DNA of 64,000 nucleotides. It comes from Verrucomicrobiota bacterium. Lineage in GTDB: Bacteria > Verrucomicrobiota > Verrucomicrobiia > Opitutales > Seribacteraceae. Below, piece by piece: positions 10,223 through 21,455 of the stretch. The notes under the pieces were generated by a model. It ran no database searches. It was given only the letters and a program-made list of their open reading frames with translations, and was not told where the DNA came from. The DNA lies in the NCBI GenBank assembly GCA_027622665.1, contig JAQBYT010000001.1:352001-416000 (forward strand), in the 5' to 3' direction. Numbering within the stretch: the stretch's first letter is position 1; the number at the start of each line of letters is the position of its first letter. A program made the position numbers and the translations under genes.

Positions 10223-11031
10223 ATCGATTCCTTTTGTTAATCTCCCTCTGTACAACATTTTTAGTAAGTTGCCAAGATGAGGAATCAACCGCTCGAAAAC
10301 CTTTGACTCCAAATGCGGAAACCATACTTAAATCGGAATACAACACATTGCTGGATAAATATTTCGCAGAAAGTTCAGACTTTAACGAAACCCTAAAGAA
10401 TCTAAAAACCGAAATGCTTGCTGATGCCGAGAGCAGGCAGGCAACAATCAAGGCATTGCAAGCCGATGGCACTCTAAAACAGACGGAAATTTCGTCGTTG
10501 AAAGACTCCCTTGCAGAGAACCAAGCTAAGCTTAACGACTGCAATGAGATTGGCGTTGCTCTTCGTGCTGAATTAAAAGGGGCGAAAATTCTTGGAGCAT
10601 CCGAATATGCAGACATCTTTGAACGCTCTGGAAATATTTCACACGAAGAATCTATCGGGAACTATGAAATTTTTCTAGAAAAATATCCCACTGGTTCAGT
10701 CGCTCAAAAAGCTCAATCAAGAATTAATCACCATAAGAGACAAATGGTTATTACAAAAAACCGAACATTTGCACGGCCGCTTCGCATTTGGCAAAGTCGT
10801 TTTCAGGCTGCCCGCCTGTCCTCCTCCACCCAAGCTCGCTCAGCTCTAGAATCCCTAATCGGACGAAAGGCTGACTCCGCCAAAAGAGGGTCCTCGTCCG
10901 AATTTAAGGAAATCACTTATTTTTGGCGAGATTACGCGTCCGACCTTTCGGGTGGATTTAGAGACCTCGTAGTCGAAACAGTAGACGACAAAATCACTAA
11001 GGTCTACTCTGGTGAAACGCTCAATAAGTAA
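10219..11031 (+). CDS. Hypothetical lipoprotein with coiled coil
   Basis: Lipobox FLVSC; heptad-rich middle; YEIFLEKYPTG helix-hairpin motif. Confidence 0.75.
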   Translation: MNRFLLLISLCTTFLVSCQDEESTARKPLTPNAETILKSEYNTLLDKYFAESSDFNETLKNLKTEMLADAESRQATIKALQADGTLKQTEISSLKDSLAENQAKLNDCNEIGVALRAELKGAKILGASEYADIFERSGNISHEESIGNYEIFLEKYPTGSVAQKAQSRINHHKRQMVITKNRTFARPLRIWQSRFQAARLSSSTQARSALESLIGRKADSAKRGSSSEFKEITYFWRDYASDLSGGFRDLVVETVDDKITKVYSGETLNK

Positions 11032-11037
11032 CAATTA

Positions 11038-12354
11038 ATGCCTTCACAGGCCGTATCCGACTCCCGCCGCCTGAGCCAGCTCACGGTCACGGGTCTCGTC
11101 GTGGCAAGCATGATAGGCACGGGAGTGTACACCTCCCTAGGGTACCAAGCGGACGCCCTTTCCTCGACGACCTCGTTGCTCGTTCTCTGGATCGTCGGAG
11201 GCATTCACGCTCTTTGCGGTGCTTTTTGCTACGCCGAACTCTCTGCCGCCTATCCGCGTTCGGGCGGAGAATATCACCTTCTTTCAAAGATTTACCACCC
11301 ATTTCTAGGTTTTCTCGCTGGCTGGGTCTCCGTTACAGTGAGTTTTGCAGCTCCTATCGCACTCGCCGCCATCGCTTTTGATACTTATGCTGCTCCATTG
11401 CTACCCTCCGTGCCGACTGGCGGACTCGCCTGTCTCCTAATTTGCTTCATGACCATCGTCCACTGCCGTGGCGTTCGAACCGGTGCCCGAGCTCAAGACT
11501 GGCTCACGGGAGTGAAACTCCTCCTTCTTTCTGGCTTCATTATTGCAGGCTTTCTCGTTCCTGTCGAAGAAGCAAACTCATCCACTCCCGGCACCCTCGA
11601 TTTTTCCGAACTCCTCGGAGGTGGGTTTGCTGTGTCGCTGGTATATGTTTCCTATTCTTTCACGGGTTGGAATGCCGCCGTATATGTGGCTGGAGAAACT
11701 CGCAATCCCTCTCGCACGCTACCCATCGCCCTCCTTTCCGGAGTAGCCGTGGTGACTGTCCTTTATCTTTCACTGAACTATATCTTTCTTCGCGTAACTC
11801 CCCTCGAGGAAATTCGGGCCCTCGAAAACAAGGAGGGAGTTGCGGCCCTCGGGGCACAACATGTCTTCGGAAATCTCGGCGGTAATTGGCTCCGAGCTAT
11901 CATCGCCGCAGGGCTTTTCTCTACGGTGGGGGCACTCATATTGACAGGTTCTCGCATCGCCACGTCAATCGGGGAAGATTATCCAGTCTTCGGCTTTCTC
12001 GCCAAACGCAACCAGCGAGGTGCTCCAATTCGTGCACTGCTTTTGCTGGGAGGCGTGGCCCTTGCCCTAGTGGTTACCTCTTCATTTGAAGCTGTACTCG
12101 TATATATCGAATTCATAACGCTGATATTCACTTTCATGACAGCTGCAGGCGTCTTCGTACTCCGAAGGAAGGCAGTTAAGGAAACAAGCCCATTCCGCAT
12201 GCCCTTTTTCCCAATAACTCCATTCATCTACCTCGGAATTACCGCCTGGATAATCTGGCATGTACTGACCGAACGACCCGTGCAAGCTCTCGCGGGATTG
12301 GGAACTTTGGCCATTGGCTGTATGGTCTATGTTTTATGTTGCAACAAGAAATGA
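11038..12354 (+). CDS. APC-family amino acid permease
   Basis: [47 protein letters not shown]; about 12 TM helices. Confidence 0.93.
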   Translation: MPSQAVSDSRRLSQLTVTGLVVASMIGTGVYTSLGYQADALSSTTSLLVLWIVGGIHALCGAFCYAELSAAYPRSGGEYHLLSKIYHPFLGFLAGWVSVTVSFAAPIALAAIAFDTYAAPLLPSVPTGGLACLLICFMTIVHCRGVRTGARAQDWLTGVKLLLLSGFIIAGFLVPVEEANSSTPGTLDFSELLGGGFAVSLVYVSYSFTGWNAAVYVAGETRNPSRTLPIALLSGVAVVTVLYLSLNYIFLRVTPLEEIRALENKEGVAALGAQHVFGNLGGNWLRAIIAAGLFSTVGALILTGSRIATSIGEDYPVFGFLAKRNQRGAPIRALLLLGGVALALVVTSSFEAVLVYIEFITLIFTFMTAAGVFVLRRKAVKETSPFRMPFFPITPFIYLGITAWIIWHVLTERPVQALAGLGTLAIGCMVYVLCCNKK

Positions 12355-13229
12355 ATTTGTTCCAACGCGGTTATCATAGAAAAAGAATGCAGTCCAATTC
12401 ATCGGCTTTATCATATTCTAGCCAAAAACGGATTTAGTGAGCTTTCGGCAAAGCAAAACAGAATTCCATTAGGGTTATGCAGGCGTAAGATAAATAAATG
12501 CTAATCGATAAAGTGCTGAATCCAACAAATCGGAAAATAGGTTCAGCCATCAGAAGACTTTTGGTGAATAGAAATCTATTGTGACCTTACCAAATAAGTT
12601 CGATGTTTGGTGCGGTTTCTCAATAGTTCTATCCGGGCATTAAATAGCACTTTAAAAGATGCGTCTTTAAAACAAGAAACATCACAATTACAAGGTAGTG
12701 ATTATATATACTTTTATCGTGATCGTTTTATAAAACACGACCTTATCAAAAGCAGAAGGATCTAGTCATTTTACCCTAAATTTATTACCGCACACTAAAA
12801 CAATAAAGGTTTTGTTACATCCGACAAATATAGAGTGACTAATAATTGCGATAATCGAATTAATATATACCGTTGAAAACCAGAGACGATTCCGCACCTA
12901 CCGTCGTTGGTAAATAACAAATGCATAAGCTTGCAAAAGCGATGACGGGAGAGTAAACATGCCCACCGTAAACAAGACTTTGTCAAAGACGCTTTTACTT
13001 ATTTTGTTCGACAACCATCCGAGTTGGTTCCACTACTCCCGACAACAGGCCGAACTCGCAGTCTTTAGACAAATAAAGGCTTATCGCTGGAAAAACTCTT
13101 CGGTGTGGTTCGCGTAACTGTCATTGGGTTTTCATTTGCTGCTTTTTCTGATTTGCATGTCTCAGCATTCAAGTAATTGTTTTGATCTTTCAAACCAATG
13201 ACCTTCCTCACTACATTCTCCTGATTCAC

Positions 13230-15134
13230 ATGAACAAAAATATAAAGGAATCCACACAACTTGAACTCATTTCGACTACCATCTGCTCCTCTTCGGCGGA
13301 TGGTTCCGTACTTGTGGCTCGCGAAATCTCCGACTTGATCCGTTCACGAAATACTGACGGGCAACACACCGTACTAGGGCTCGCAACAGGTTCCACGCCA
13401 ATAGGCGTTTACCGTGAACTGGTACGTCTCCACAAGGATGAGGGGCTTAGTTTTAAGAAAGTACTGACATTTAATCTAGACGAATACCAAGGGCTTGAAC
13501 CAGAGCATCCAGAAAGCTATGCCGCCTTCATGGATCGTCACCTTTTTTCTCTTATAGACATCCCCGCAGATGCCGCGGTAGTCCCTAACGGTAAGGTTCC
13601 GCGAGAAGATGTTTTCGCTTATTGCAAGGCGTACGAGGATCGCATTTTGGAGGCTGGCGGTATTGATATTCAAGTTCTGGGGATAGGCCGAACGGGGCAC
13701 ATTGGCTTCAACGAACCCGGTTCCGTTCGCGACTCCCGTACGCGACTGGTACATCTTGACTCATTAACGCGCAAGGATGCCGCTCGAGATTTTCTTGGTG
13801 AAGAAAATGTCCCGCGCTACGCAATTACAATGGGTGTGGGCACAATTCTGGATGCCAGAAAAATAATCCTTCTTGCATGGGGTGACTCTAAGGCCGAGGT
13901 TTTCGCAAAAGCAGTCGAGAAACCTGTGTCGGATGCCCTCCCGGCAAGTTTCTTGCAAGAACACAAAGACATTTGGGCATTCGCCGATGAGGCGGCGGCT
14001 GGGGAATTGACGCGCAAGAAGAACCCTTGGCTAGTTGGCCCTGTGGAATGGACCGACCAGACAACCCGACGATCAGTTGCTTGGCTTTCTTCTCTCCTCG
14101 GGAAGCCTATTCTGAAACTGTTAGATGAGGATTACAGCGAACACGGACTCGCCGACCTTCTCACCGAGCGAGGTTCGGCATATGAATTGAATATTCGAGT
14201 TTTTAATGAGGTTCAACATACCATCACCGGCTGGCCGGGAGGGAAGCCCAACGCAGACGACTCCTATCGGCCTGAACGTGCAGAACCCCACCCGAAACGC
14301 GTACTTGCCCTTGCCCCGGACCCCCAGGATGGTGCGTTGGGGCTAGGGGGCACCCTGCACAGGCTCGTCGATCAAGGGCACGAAGTAACGGTTGCCTACC
14401 TGACTTCGGGCAACTTGTCTGTTCCTGACGGCGAAGTACAAAAAGCGGTCGATATCATGCTGGATTTGGATGAGTCAGATTCTTCCGAAAAAGCGACCTT
14501 TGCCCTTCAGGTCAATGCTGACCTAGGAGGAAGAAGCGCTTTAGGAGAAGACTCCCCAGCAATACGAAAGCTCAAGGGGCTTATCCGGCGAGGCGAGGCG
14601 AGGGCGGCAATGGAAATTTGTGGTGTGAATTCTTCCCAAATTCGTTTTCTCAATTTGCCATTTTACGAAAACGGCCGTTTTCGCAGTTTTGAGCCTCGGG
14701 AAGAAGACATCGCCCTCGTACGAAACCTCATAGAACAAATTCAGCCTCACCAAATTTATGTTACCGGAGTCTTGTCTGAACCAACGACCGTGCAATCAGT
14801 TTGTTATTCCTGTTTTCAAAAGGCCTTCGAGCTCCTGCGGGAAGAGGACTGGACGAAAGATTGTCGTTGCTGGAGTTATCGAGGTGACGAACGAGAATGG
14901 TCTGTGGAGGCTATCGATATGGCGGTCCCCTTAAGCCCTGATGAGTTGGCCAACAAGGTAAAGGGGATTTACCAGCATCGTTCTCAGCGAAGCCAGACTC
15001 CCGTCACGGGACGAACCTCTCTTGAGGCATGGCAACTAGCAGAAGCCGCTGATCGAAGACTGGCTGAAACCTACGACCATCTCGGTCTCGCCGAATACGA
15101 AGCCATCGAAGCTTTTTCTCGGTGTTACCCTTGA
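13230..15134 (+). CDS. nagB: Glucosamine-6-phosphate deaminase fused to a PIG-L-like domain
   Basis: VLGLATGSTP, TFNLDEY, LGIGRTGHIGFNEPGS, AITMGVGTI. C-terminal LmbE/PIG-L fold (TITGWPGGKP, RRGEA, FLNLPFYE). ATG at 13230 chosen as start. Confidence 0.93.
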   Translation: MNKNIKESTQLELISTTICSSSADGSVLVAREISDLIRSRNTDGQHTVLGLATGSTPIGVYRELVRLHKDEGLSFKKVLTFNLDEYQGLEPEHPESYAAFMDRHLFSLIDIPADAAVVPNGKVPREDVFAYCKAYEDRILEAGGIDIQVLGIGRTGHIGFNEPGSVRDSRTRLVHLDSLTRKDAARDFLGEENVPRYAITMGVGTILDARKIILLAWGDSKAEVFAKAVEKPVSDALPASFLQEHKDIWAFADEAAAGELTRKKNPWLVGPVEWTDQTTRRSVAWLSSLLGKPILKLLDEDYSEHGLADLLTERGSAYELNIRVFNEVQHTITGWPGGKPNADDSYRPERAEPHPKRVLALAPDPQDGALGLGGTLHRLVDQGHEVTVAYLTSGNLSVPDGEVQKAVDIMLDLDESDSSEKATFALQVNADLGGRSALGEDSPAIRKLKGLIRRGEARAAMEICGVNSSQIRFLNLPFYENGRFRSFEPREEDIALVRNLIEQIQPHQIYVTGVLSEPTTVQSVCYSCFQKAFELLREEDWTKDCRCWSYRGDEREWSVEAIDMAVPLSPDELANKVKGIYQHRSQRSQTPVTGRTSLEAWQLAEAADRRLAETYDHLGLAEYEAIEAFSRCYP

Positions 15135-15208
15135 TTTCGAAAAGGGTAAAGTCGATCGTTGACCAATTGCCGTAAATTTGAATGCTTTGGTTGGCTTTCA
15201 AAAAAAGC

Positions 15209-16300
15209 ATGAATTATTTACCCGACGAAGTCGGCCAATTATTTTGTCTCGAGGGATGCCCAACATCCACAGTTCCTCATGGCAATGGAAACGTTAACGA
15301 CACTTTTTTGCTTTCATGTGAAAAGGGTGGAGTCGTAACTCGATACACCGTTCAACGCATCAACCACGAGGTCTTCAAGAACCCTGAAGGCCTTATGGAA
15401 AATTTCGCACGAGTAACTGAACACCTTGGCCAAAAGCTCTCCGTCGAAAATTCGCCACGCCGCAGTCTGCGGTTGGTTCACTCTCAAGACGGCAAACCTT
15501 TTGTACGGGACTCCTGCGGTAATTACTGGAGAATGATGGAATACATAGATGGCGGAGAATCGGCAGAAATTCCGGAAAGCCCACGCCAAGCGTATCAGGC
15601 GGCCAAAGCTTTCGGAGAATTTCAAGCGCAACTTGCCGACCTTCCCGGCTCCCCCCTCATTCAAACTATTCCCGACTTCCACAACACTCGCAAACGCTTC
15701 GATGACTTTCGCAGGGTTGTGACTGAAGATCCCGTTGAGAAAACCAACGAAGTTCGCGATCTAATAACTTTTGCAATAACTCGAGAGTCTTTGGCCGACG
15801 CCATCAATGAGGAAAAGTTTCCCGTTCGCATTGTCCACAACGACACAAAGCTTAACAATGTTTTGCTCGATAAGAAAACCGGCGAGGGAATCTGTGTCGT
15901 CGATCTCGACACCGTTATGCCCGGTTGTGCATTACACGATTTCGGTGATCTTGTAAGGACGGCAGCTTGCTCCGCTCAGGAAGATGAGCCTGACCTTAAC
16001 AGAATTCAATTTTTGCCCGAAATCTTCGAGGCTCTTGTTGAGGGATACCTTGACGCGACCAAATGTTTTCTCAGTCCCCTGGAAGTCGATCACTTGGCCA
16101 TCGCCCCACAAGTCCTTACCTACGAATTGGCTTTGCGTTTTCTCGCAGACTTCCTAGAAGGCGATATCTACTTCAAAGTAAAACGACCCGAGCACAATCT
16201 CCAACGAGCTCGTGCTCAGTTCAGGCTTCTTGCTTCGATGGAAGAACATGCTTCCGAGATGGAATCCATCGTGGAAAAGTTTGCCGGCGCCGTGAAGTAG
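15209..16300 (+). CDS. APH-fold kinase, N-acetylhexosamine 1-kinase (NahK)-like
   Basis: GNGNVNDTF, QRINHEVF, AFGEFQ, TIPDFHNT, HNDTKLNN, VDLDTVMPG, DFGDLVR, RFLADFLEGDIYF; follows nagB. Confidence 0.85.
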   Translation: MNYLPDEVGQLFCLEGCPTSTVPHGNGNVNDTFLLSCEKGGVVTRYTVQRINHEVFKNPEGLMENFARVTEHLGQKLSVENSPRRSLRLVHSQDGKPFVRDSCGNYWRMMEYIDGGESAEIPESPRQAYQAAKAFGEFQAQLADLPGSPLIQTIPDFHNTRKRFDDFRRVVTEDPVEKTNEVRDLITFAITRESLADAINEEKFPVRIVHNDTKLNNVLLDKKTGEGICVVDLDTVMPGCALHDFGDLVRTAACSAQEDEPDLNRIQFLPEIFEALVEGYLDATKCFLSPLEVDHLAIAPQVLTYELALRFLADFLEGDIYFKVKRPEHNLQRARAQFRLLASMEEHASEMESIVEKFAGAVK

Positions 16301-16336
16301 CGGATCCGGGCAAAGCACCCCCCATTTACAAGCCTG

Positions 16337-17599
16337 CTACAATTCCTCCTCATAGGCTCGCCGCAGCAATCCGGCTAGGTGAATAACCTGAGGGGTTTGG
16401 CCACTGCCATTCATGCAAGACCGCACTTGCATGATGCACCCAATATTCCCGGACACGATCCAATCCGGTTTAGTCTTCAATAAGTTACTTACTTTGCGTT
16501 TGCCCAAGTTGGCTGCAATTTTTGGTTGGTCGATGTTGTAACTTCCTGCAGAACCGCAGCATATATCGGGTTCTTCTGCTTCCAGAAGTTCCACGCCGGG
16601 TATCGCCCGCAGCAATCGTCGAGGTGGCTCCGTTACTCCTTGTGCGTGACGCAAATGACAAGCGTCTTGATAAACAACTCTAGGCACACCTTTCGTGCGG
16701 GGCGGAGTCTCCAAGCCCAGTTGGTCCAGAATCTCACTGAAATCGACAACCTTGCCGGCAAAAGACTTTGCCGCTGATTCTTCGGTCGATCCTTTCAGAA
16801 TTAGAGGATATTCCTTCAAACCGGAACCGCAGCCGGCAGCGTTGGTCAAAATGGCATCCACATCATCAGGAAAGGCCTCAAGGTTTTTCCGGGCAAACCT
16901 ACGGGCATGCTCCCCGGCTCCAACATGCCAACCGAGCGCACCGCAGCAAGTTTGGCCGCGAGGAATCATCACCTCGACTCCGTTACGAACCAATACGGCG
17001 ATCGTATCATCGTTAATTTTGGGATCCATTACCTGCTGCGCACACCCGACAAGCAAAGCGACGCGAGCTCTTGGCGTCCCCATTGGCTTTACCACTTCTG
17101 GCAACTTGATTGCACTCGGCAACGTTTTTGGCAGCAAGGCCAACATGGAGCGCACAAAATCAGGCAAAAGCCGACCGAATGGCCTAGCCAGCATGCCCAC
17201 CGTGGCGGCAATTCGAAACCTGCCCGGCCAAGGCAAAATGGACAGTAATGCTTTTCGCTTCAGCTTTTCCGCGACACTTCGCCTGCTTTCCGTTTCTGCT
17301 TTTTCCCGAAAGGGACCAAGCAGGTTACGGTATTCAACCCCAGAAGGGCAGGATGTCTCGCAAGCCAAACAACCAAGGCAACGGTCTAAATGTGGGAGCA
17401 CCTGCTCGGTTGGCAATTTACCTTCCAATGCTTCTTTCATCAGTATGATGCGACCTCGCGGCGTATCCATTTCTTGGCCAAGTTCCGCGTAGGTTGGGCA
17501 AGTAGGAAGGCAAAATCCGCAATGTACACACGATTGAACCGCTTCCGCCATCAAAGGTCCGGCTGGCCCTAATTTATCGACGGGAATGCTGTGCTTCAT
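16337..17599 (-). CDS. glcF: Glycolate oxidase iron-sulfur subunit
   Basis: Ferredoxin motifs CVHCGFCLPTCP and CLGCLACETSCPSG; two CCG domains. Confidence 0.93.
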   Translation of the reverse strand: MKHSIPVDKLGPAGPLMAEAVQSCVHCGFCLPTCPTYAELGQEMDTPRGRIILMKEALEGKLPTEQVLPHLDRCLGCLACETSCPSGVEYRNLLGPFREKAETESRRSVAEKLKRKALLSILPWPGRFRIAATVGMLARPFGRLLPDFVRSMLALLPKTLPSAIKLPEVVKPMGTPRARVALLVGCAQQVMDPKINDDTIAVLVRNGVEVMIPRGQTCCGALGWHVGAGEHARRFARKNLEAFPDDVDAILTNAAGCGSGLKEYPLILKGSTEESAAKSFAGKVVDFSEILDQLGLETPPRTKGVPRVVYQDACHLRHAQGVTEPPRRLLRAIPGVELLEAEEPDICCGSAGSYNIDQPKIAANLGKRKVSNLLKTKPDWIVSGNIGCIMQVRSCMNGSGQTPQVIHLAGLLRRAYEEEL

Positions 17600-18675
17600 G
17601 GAATTGACGGAAACTTATGATCGGGATCGAAAGCCGCCTTCACTGCTTTTGTGATGACTCCATCGGCCCACTCCCCCAAATATGGATGTTCCACCTGTCC
17701 CCGAAAGGCAAGTCCTCGCAAACCTCTCTCTCGCAAACCGCAATCAAGTCCCATCACCGCACTTTCGGCAGGCCACGCCACCCATGCAACATTGCAAGCC
17801 ACACCGTATCGACGCGATGCTCCGAAGGATGAAAGAAATTCGTCCAGCTCTATTATTCTGTTTGGAGTCACGGGCACTTTTACCAAGATGGCGTCAGGTG
17901 AAGCCCAACCAAATGAGTTTGCATTGCGCCAAAATTTGTCGGCCTCATCGGTAGCGATCAGCTCTCCCGAGCCGCCTAGTTCCAATAGAATCCGATCAGC
18001 CCTTTTAGGCAAGGCGGATTCGGCTCCCCCTATTCGTAAAAAAACATCGCCTGCAGAATTTAACTCCATTCCGTCTGGTTCCCAAGATGAAACCGCCACG
18101 CAACGAACTTTATCTATTCCGGTTTCCAAATTCACGGAAGGAAGTCGCAATGTAAGAAATTTCCGGGGTTCGGGAAATACCTTAAAGCTTACCTCCGTCA
18201 AAATCCCAAAACAGCCGAGACTACCAACGAGAAATTTAGGAAAATCAAATCCTGCTGCATTCTTAACCACCTTGCCTCCGCCTTTGATTCGGCGGCCCCT
18301 GCCGTCCACAAAAGTAACTCCGATTATAAAGTCGCGAATGCCGCCAAAACGCAACCGCCCTGGGCCGTTTAAACCTGCTGCGACCATTCCTCCGAGAGTT
18401 GAGCCCTTTTCCGCAAAAGGAGGATCGAAAGGCATGTACTGACCGTGTTCCCGTAAAGTCGCTTGTACTTTTTCTATCGGCGTTCCCGCTTTGGCGGAAA
18501 AAACATATTCACTAGGCTCGTATTCCACAATTCCAGACAACCCCGACAAATCGATGAAATCTCCTTCATGCGACATCGTCAGGGCAGGTTTGGTCTTTCC
18601 TCCTACTGCGAGGACATGCGAGGACTCGCATACCGCCACAGCAACTTCCTCGGAGCACTGTGGTCGTATTGTCAT
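17596..18675 (-). CDS. glcE: Glycolate oxidase FAD-binding subunit
   Basis: [40 protein letters not shown]; lies between glcD and glcF with 4-bp overlaps. Confidence 0.9.
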   Translation of the reverse strand: MTIRPQCSEEVAVAVCESSHVLAVGGKTKPALTMSHEGDFIDLSGLSGIVEYEPSEYVFSAKAGTPIEKVQATLREHGQYMPFDPPFAEKGSTLGGMVAAGLNGPGRLRFGGIRDFIIGVTFVDGRGRRIKGGGKVVKNAAGFDFPKFLVGSLGCFGILTEVSFKVFPEPRKFLTLRLPSVNLETGIDKVRCVAVSSWEPDGMELNSAGDVFLRIGGAESALPKRADRILLELGGSGELIATDEADKFWRNANSFGWASPDAILVKVPVTPNRIIELDEFLSSFGASRRYGVACNVAWVAWPAESAVMGLDCGLRERGLRGLAFRGQVEHPYLGEWADGVITKAVKAAFDPDHKFPSIP

Positions 18676-20135
18676 TCCCGAGAAATCAGGCCTGCCTTTT
18701 CCAGAGGGTGCAACCCATAGAGAGAAAGAGAGGGAGCTTCACCGTCAGGAAACATTTTTCCAGGATTGGAAATTTCGGCGGGGTCAAAAGCGCTTCGGAC
18801 GGACTTCATCAAGTCGATGTCGTCCTCACTAAACATAGTCGGAAGATATTGTCGCTTTTCCATACCCACGCCGTGCTCTCCCGTGATGGACCCACCCATC
18901 TTAACGCAAGTCATCAAAATTTCGCTGGCAGCAGACTCTGCACGTTCTAGTGCTCCGTCAACTCGGCCGTCATACATAATTAGAGGATGCAGGTTTCCGT
19001 CTCCGGCATGAAAAACATTAGCGATGCGAACGTTATATTTCTCACCGACGTCCTTGATCTTTCGCAAAGCTTCTCCCAAACGGTTGCGAGGGACGACCCC
19101 GTCCTGCACAATGAAATCAGGACTCAATCGACCAACAGCTGAAAAGGCACTCTTTCGCCCACTCCAAATTCTAGCACGTTCAAGAGCATCTGCCGCAACA
19201 TGCGTTTCCGTGGGGCTAGAAGATCTTAATAATTCTGCCAAAAGTGGCTTCTCGGCATCCAATTCTTCTGCGGGTCCCTCAAGTTCGACAATAAGCACAG
19301 CATCCACATCTTTGGGGTAACCCGCATTAACGGCATATTCGGCAGCCTCAATGGCGAGCTTATCCATAATTTCGAGTGCGCCGGGAAGGAGACCAGAACA
19401 AACGATCATAGAAACTGCATCGCCAGCCTTTTCAAGCGAATCGTATCCAGCCAAAACAGTATGATATGCTTCGACTTTTGGGAGCAAACGAAGAGTTATT
19501 TCTAATGCCACGCCAAATAAGCCTTCGCTTCCTGCAAATAAACTAGTCCAGTCGGGGCCTATCATTTCCAAGGAATCACCACCAAATTGAACGACTTCGC
19601 CTGTTGCTAAAACTAACTTCAAGCCAAGCACATGATTAGTAGTCATTCCGTATTTAAGGCAATGTGCACCGCCAGAATTAAACGCTACGTTTCCGCCAAT
19701 AGTACATATTTTCTGACTTGAAGGGTCGGGTGCAAAATAAAGATCATAATCAGCCGCCTTCTCGGAAACAGTTAAATTAACAACTCCAGGTTCAACAATA
19801 GCAATTCGCCGTACAGGATCCAAATCAAGAATTTTATTCAAGCGGTTGAGAGCTATTACGATACCATCTTCAACCGGCAAGCATCCTCCCGACAAACTAG
19901 TCCCACTACCTCGTGCAACAAAGGGCACTTTTGCCCTAGAACAAATACGAACTGTTTCAATAACTTCTTGCCCGGTTTCTGGCACGACCACGGCACGAGG
20001 ACGAACAGCGAAAGCAGTCAACCCATCAGATTGGTATGAAGCAAGATGGACATCCTCGGTCAGCAGGCGATCGACGGGATATAGCCTAGAAAGTTCGTTC
20101 ATGAATTCTTGATGAGACATCAATTCAGTACACAA
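18672..20135 (-). CDS. glcD: Glycolate oxidase FAD-linked subunit
   Basis: [63 protein letters not shown]. Start may be the ATG at 20120. Confidence 0.93.
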   Translation of the reverse strand: MCTELMSHQEFMNELSRLYPVDRLLTEDVHLASYQSDGLTAFAVRPRAVVVPETGQEVIETVRICSRAKVPFVARGSGTSLSGGCLPVEDGIVIALNRLNKILDLDPVRRIAIVEPGVVNLTVSEKAADYDLYFAPDPSSQKICTIGGNVAFNSGGAHCLKYGMTTNHVLGLKLVLATGEVVQFGGDSLEMIGPDWTSLFAGSEGLFGVALEITLRLLPKVEAYHTVLAGYDSLEKAGDAVSMIVCSGLLPGALEIMDKLAIEAAEYAVNAGYPKDVDAVLIVELEGPAEELDAEKPLLAELLRSSSPTETHVAADALERARIWSGRKSAFSAVGRLSPDFIVQDGVVPRNRLGEALRKIKDVGEKYNVRIANVFHAGDGNLHPLIMYDGRVDGALERAESAASEILMTCVKMGGSITGEHGVGMEKRQYLPTMFSEDDIDLMKSVRSAFDPAEISNPGKMFPDGEAPSLSLYGLHPLEKAGLISRE

Positions 20136-20360
20136 TAAGCTAGAGCTGTAGCACGGTAATTTTTCATTCGAATAAACAGTGGTTCATTATTGTTTATTTT
20201 CACTTTCGCACCCATAATCTTGATATTGTATTTTGAAATACCGATATTTTTATCACAGATATAAACGCATGAAATGTACAAGTAAATACACGCTCTTTTC
20301 GCTTTCTTGAGTGCAAATAAAATAATGTTGTTTTGTTCATGCTACATGAACTACAACAAT

Positions 20361-21440
20361 TTACAGGTTAATGGCACGCCCTTCTCGGTAAGATAGGTCT
20401 GCCGCCAAAACGATAGCCAAACTGTTTACTGCGTCTTCTAGATGGTTCGTAAGATCGATGTTTTCTTTAATAGCCTTGAGAAAATATGCCTGTTCTCGTT
20501 CACACAACTCGTCATGGCCAGGCTCATCCTCGGTATTTATAAATTCATCCTCGTGTGCAAATTCGCCCTTTTCATTTAATTCAGCATGATGGACCTTCAG
20601 AATATTAGTCATGCAGTGCGAATCGACATCATCGCTCTCAACCTCTTCCGTCTTGTCGGCAACTATGCTCACGCAACCCTTGGGGCCCATTGCGTCTTTA
20701 ACAAAAAAAGCCGTTTCACTCACCATTGGCCCCCACGCGGCTTCATACCAACCACTGGAACCGTTCTCAAACTGTATATTGAAAATCCCGTAATTATACA
20801 TGGTAGGACTTATTTCATCGCTAAGCCTCGAGCCAACAGCATGTACCCGTGTCGGTTTAGAGCGAGTCATCTGACACATCACATCCACATAATGAACGCC
20901 ACAGTCCACGATTGGCGAAGTTGTTTTCATGAGATTTTTATGAGTCTCCCAATTCTCTCCCTTGCTTTGTTGGTTGAGATTCATTCTCATTGCAAGTGGA
21001 CTACCCATGTCACGAGCAATTTCAATAAACTTGATCCATGATGGGTGATGCCGAAGGATGTATCCAACGACAACCTTGCGATTAACTTCCTTGGCCTTAG
21101 TAGCAATGGCACAAGCCTTCTCGACAGTTTCCGCAAGAGGTTTTTCAACAAAAACATGGCAACCGAAATCAAGGGCGGCTATGGTATAAGGAAAGTGAGT
21201 TTCTGTATAAGAAGAAATGGAGACGGCATCAGGTTTGGTTTCTCTTAGTGCCTGATTGAAATCAACATATTGAGGCATAGGGCCTAGTTCGTTCACCATT
21301 TCTTGAGACGACTGTAATGATCGAGTTACCACGCCGCATATCTCAAAACCTTCTAACTTGGAATACGCACGGGCATGAGAAATGCCCATATGCCCAGCAC
21401 CAATAACAAGTATACGGACAGTTTTCTTTTTCATTATCAT
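20361..21440 (-). CDS. Gfo/Idh/MocA family oxidoreductase
   Basis: Rossmann IGAGHMG, HVFVEKPLA, VGYILRH, DCGVHYVD. Confidence 0.92.
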   Translation of the reverse strand: MIMKKKTVRILVIGAGHMGISHARAYSKLEGFEICGVVTRSLQSSQEMVNELGPMPQYVDFNQALRETKPDAVSISSYTETHFPYTIAALDFGCHVFVEKPLAETVEKACAIATKAKEVNRKVVVGYILRHHPSWIKFIEIARDMGSPLAMRMNLNQQSKGENWETHKNLMKTTSPIVDCGVHYVDVMCQMTRSKPTRVHAVGSRLSDEISPTMYNYGIFNIQFENGSSGWYEAAWGPMVSETAFFVKDAMGPKGCVSIVADKTEEVESDDVDSHCMTNILKVHHAELNEKGEFAHEDEFINTEDEPGHDELCEREQAYFLKAIKENIDLTNHLEDAVNSLAIVLAADLSYREGRAINL

Positions 21441-21455
21441 TTTATTATAAACTCT

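Noticed and set aside
16695..18442. Long plus-strand ORFs (265 and 263 aa) opposite glcF/glcE
   Set aside because: Antisense shadows of well-supported genes with no motifs.
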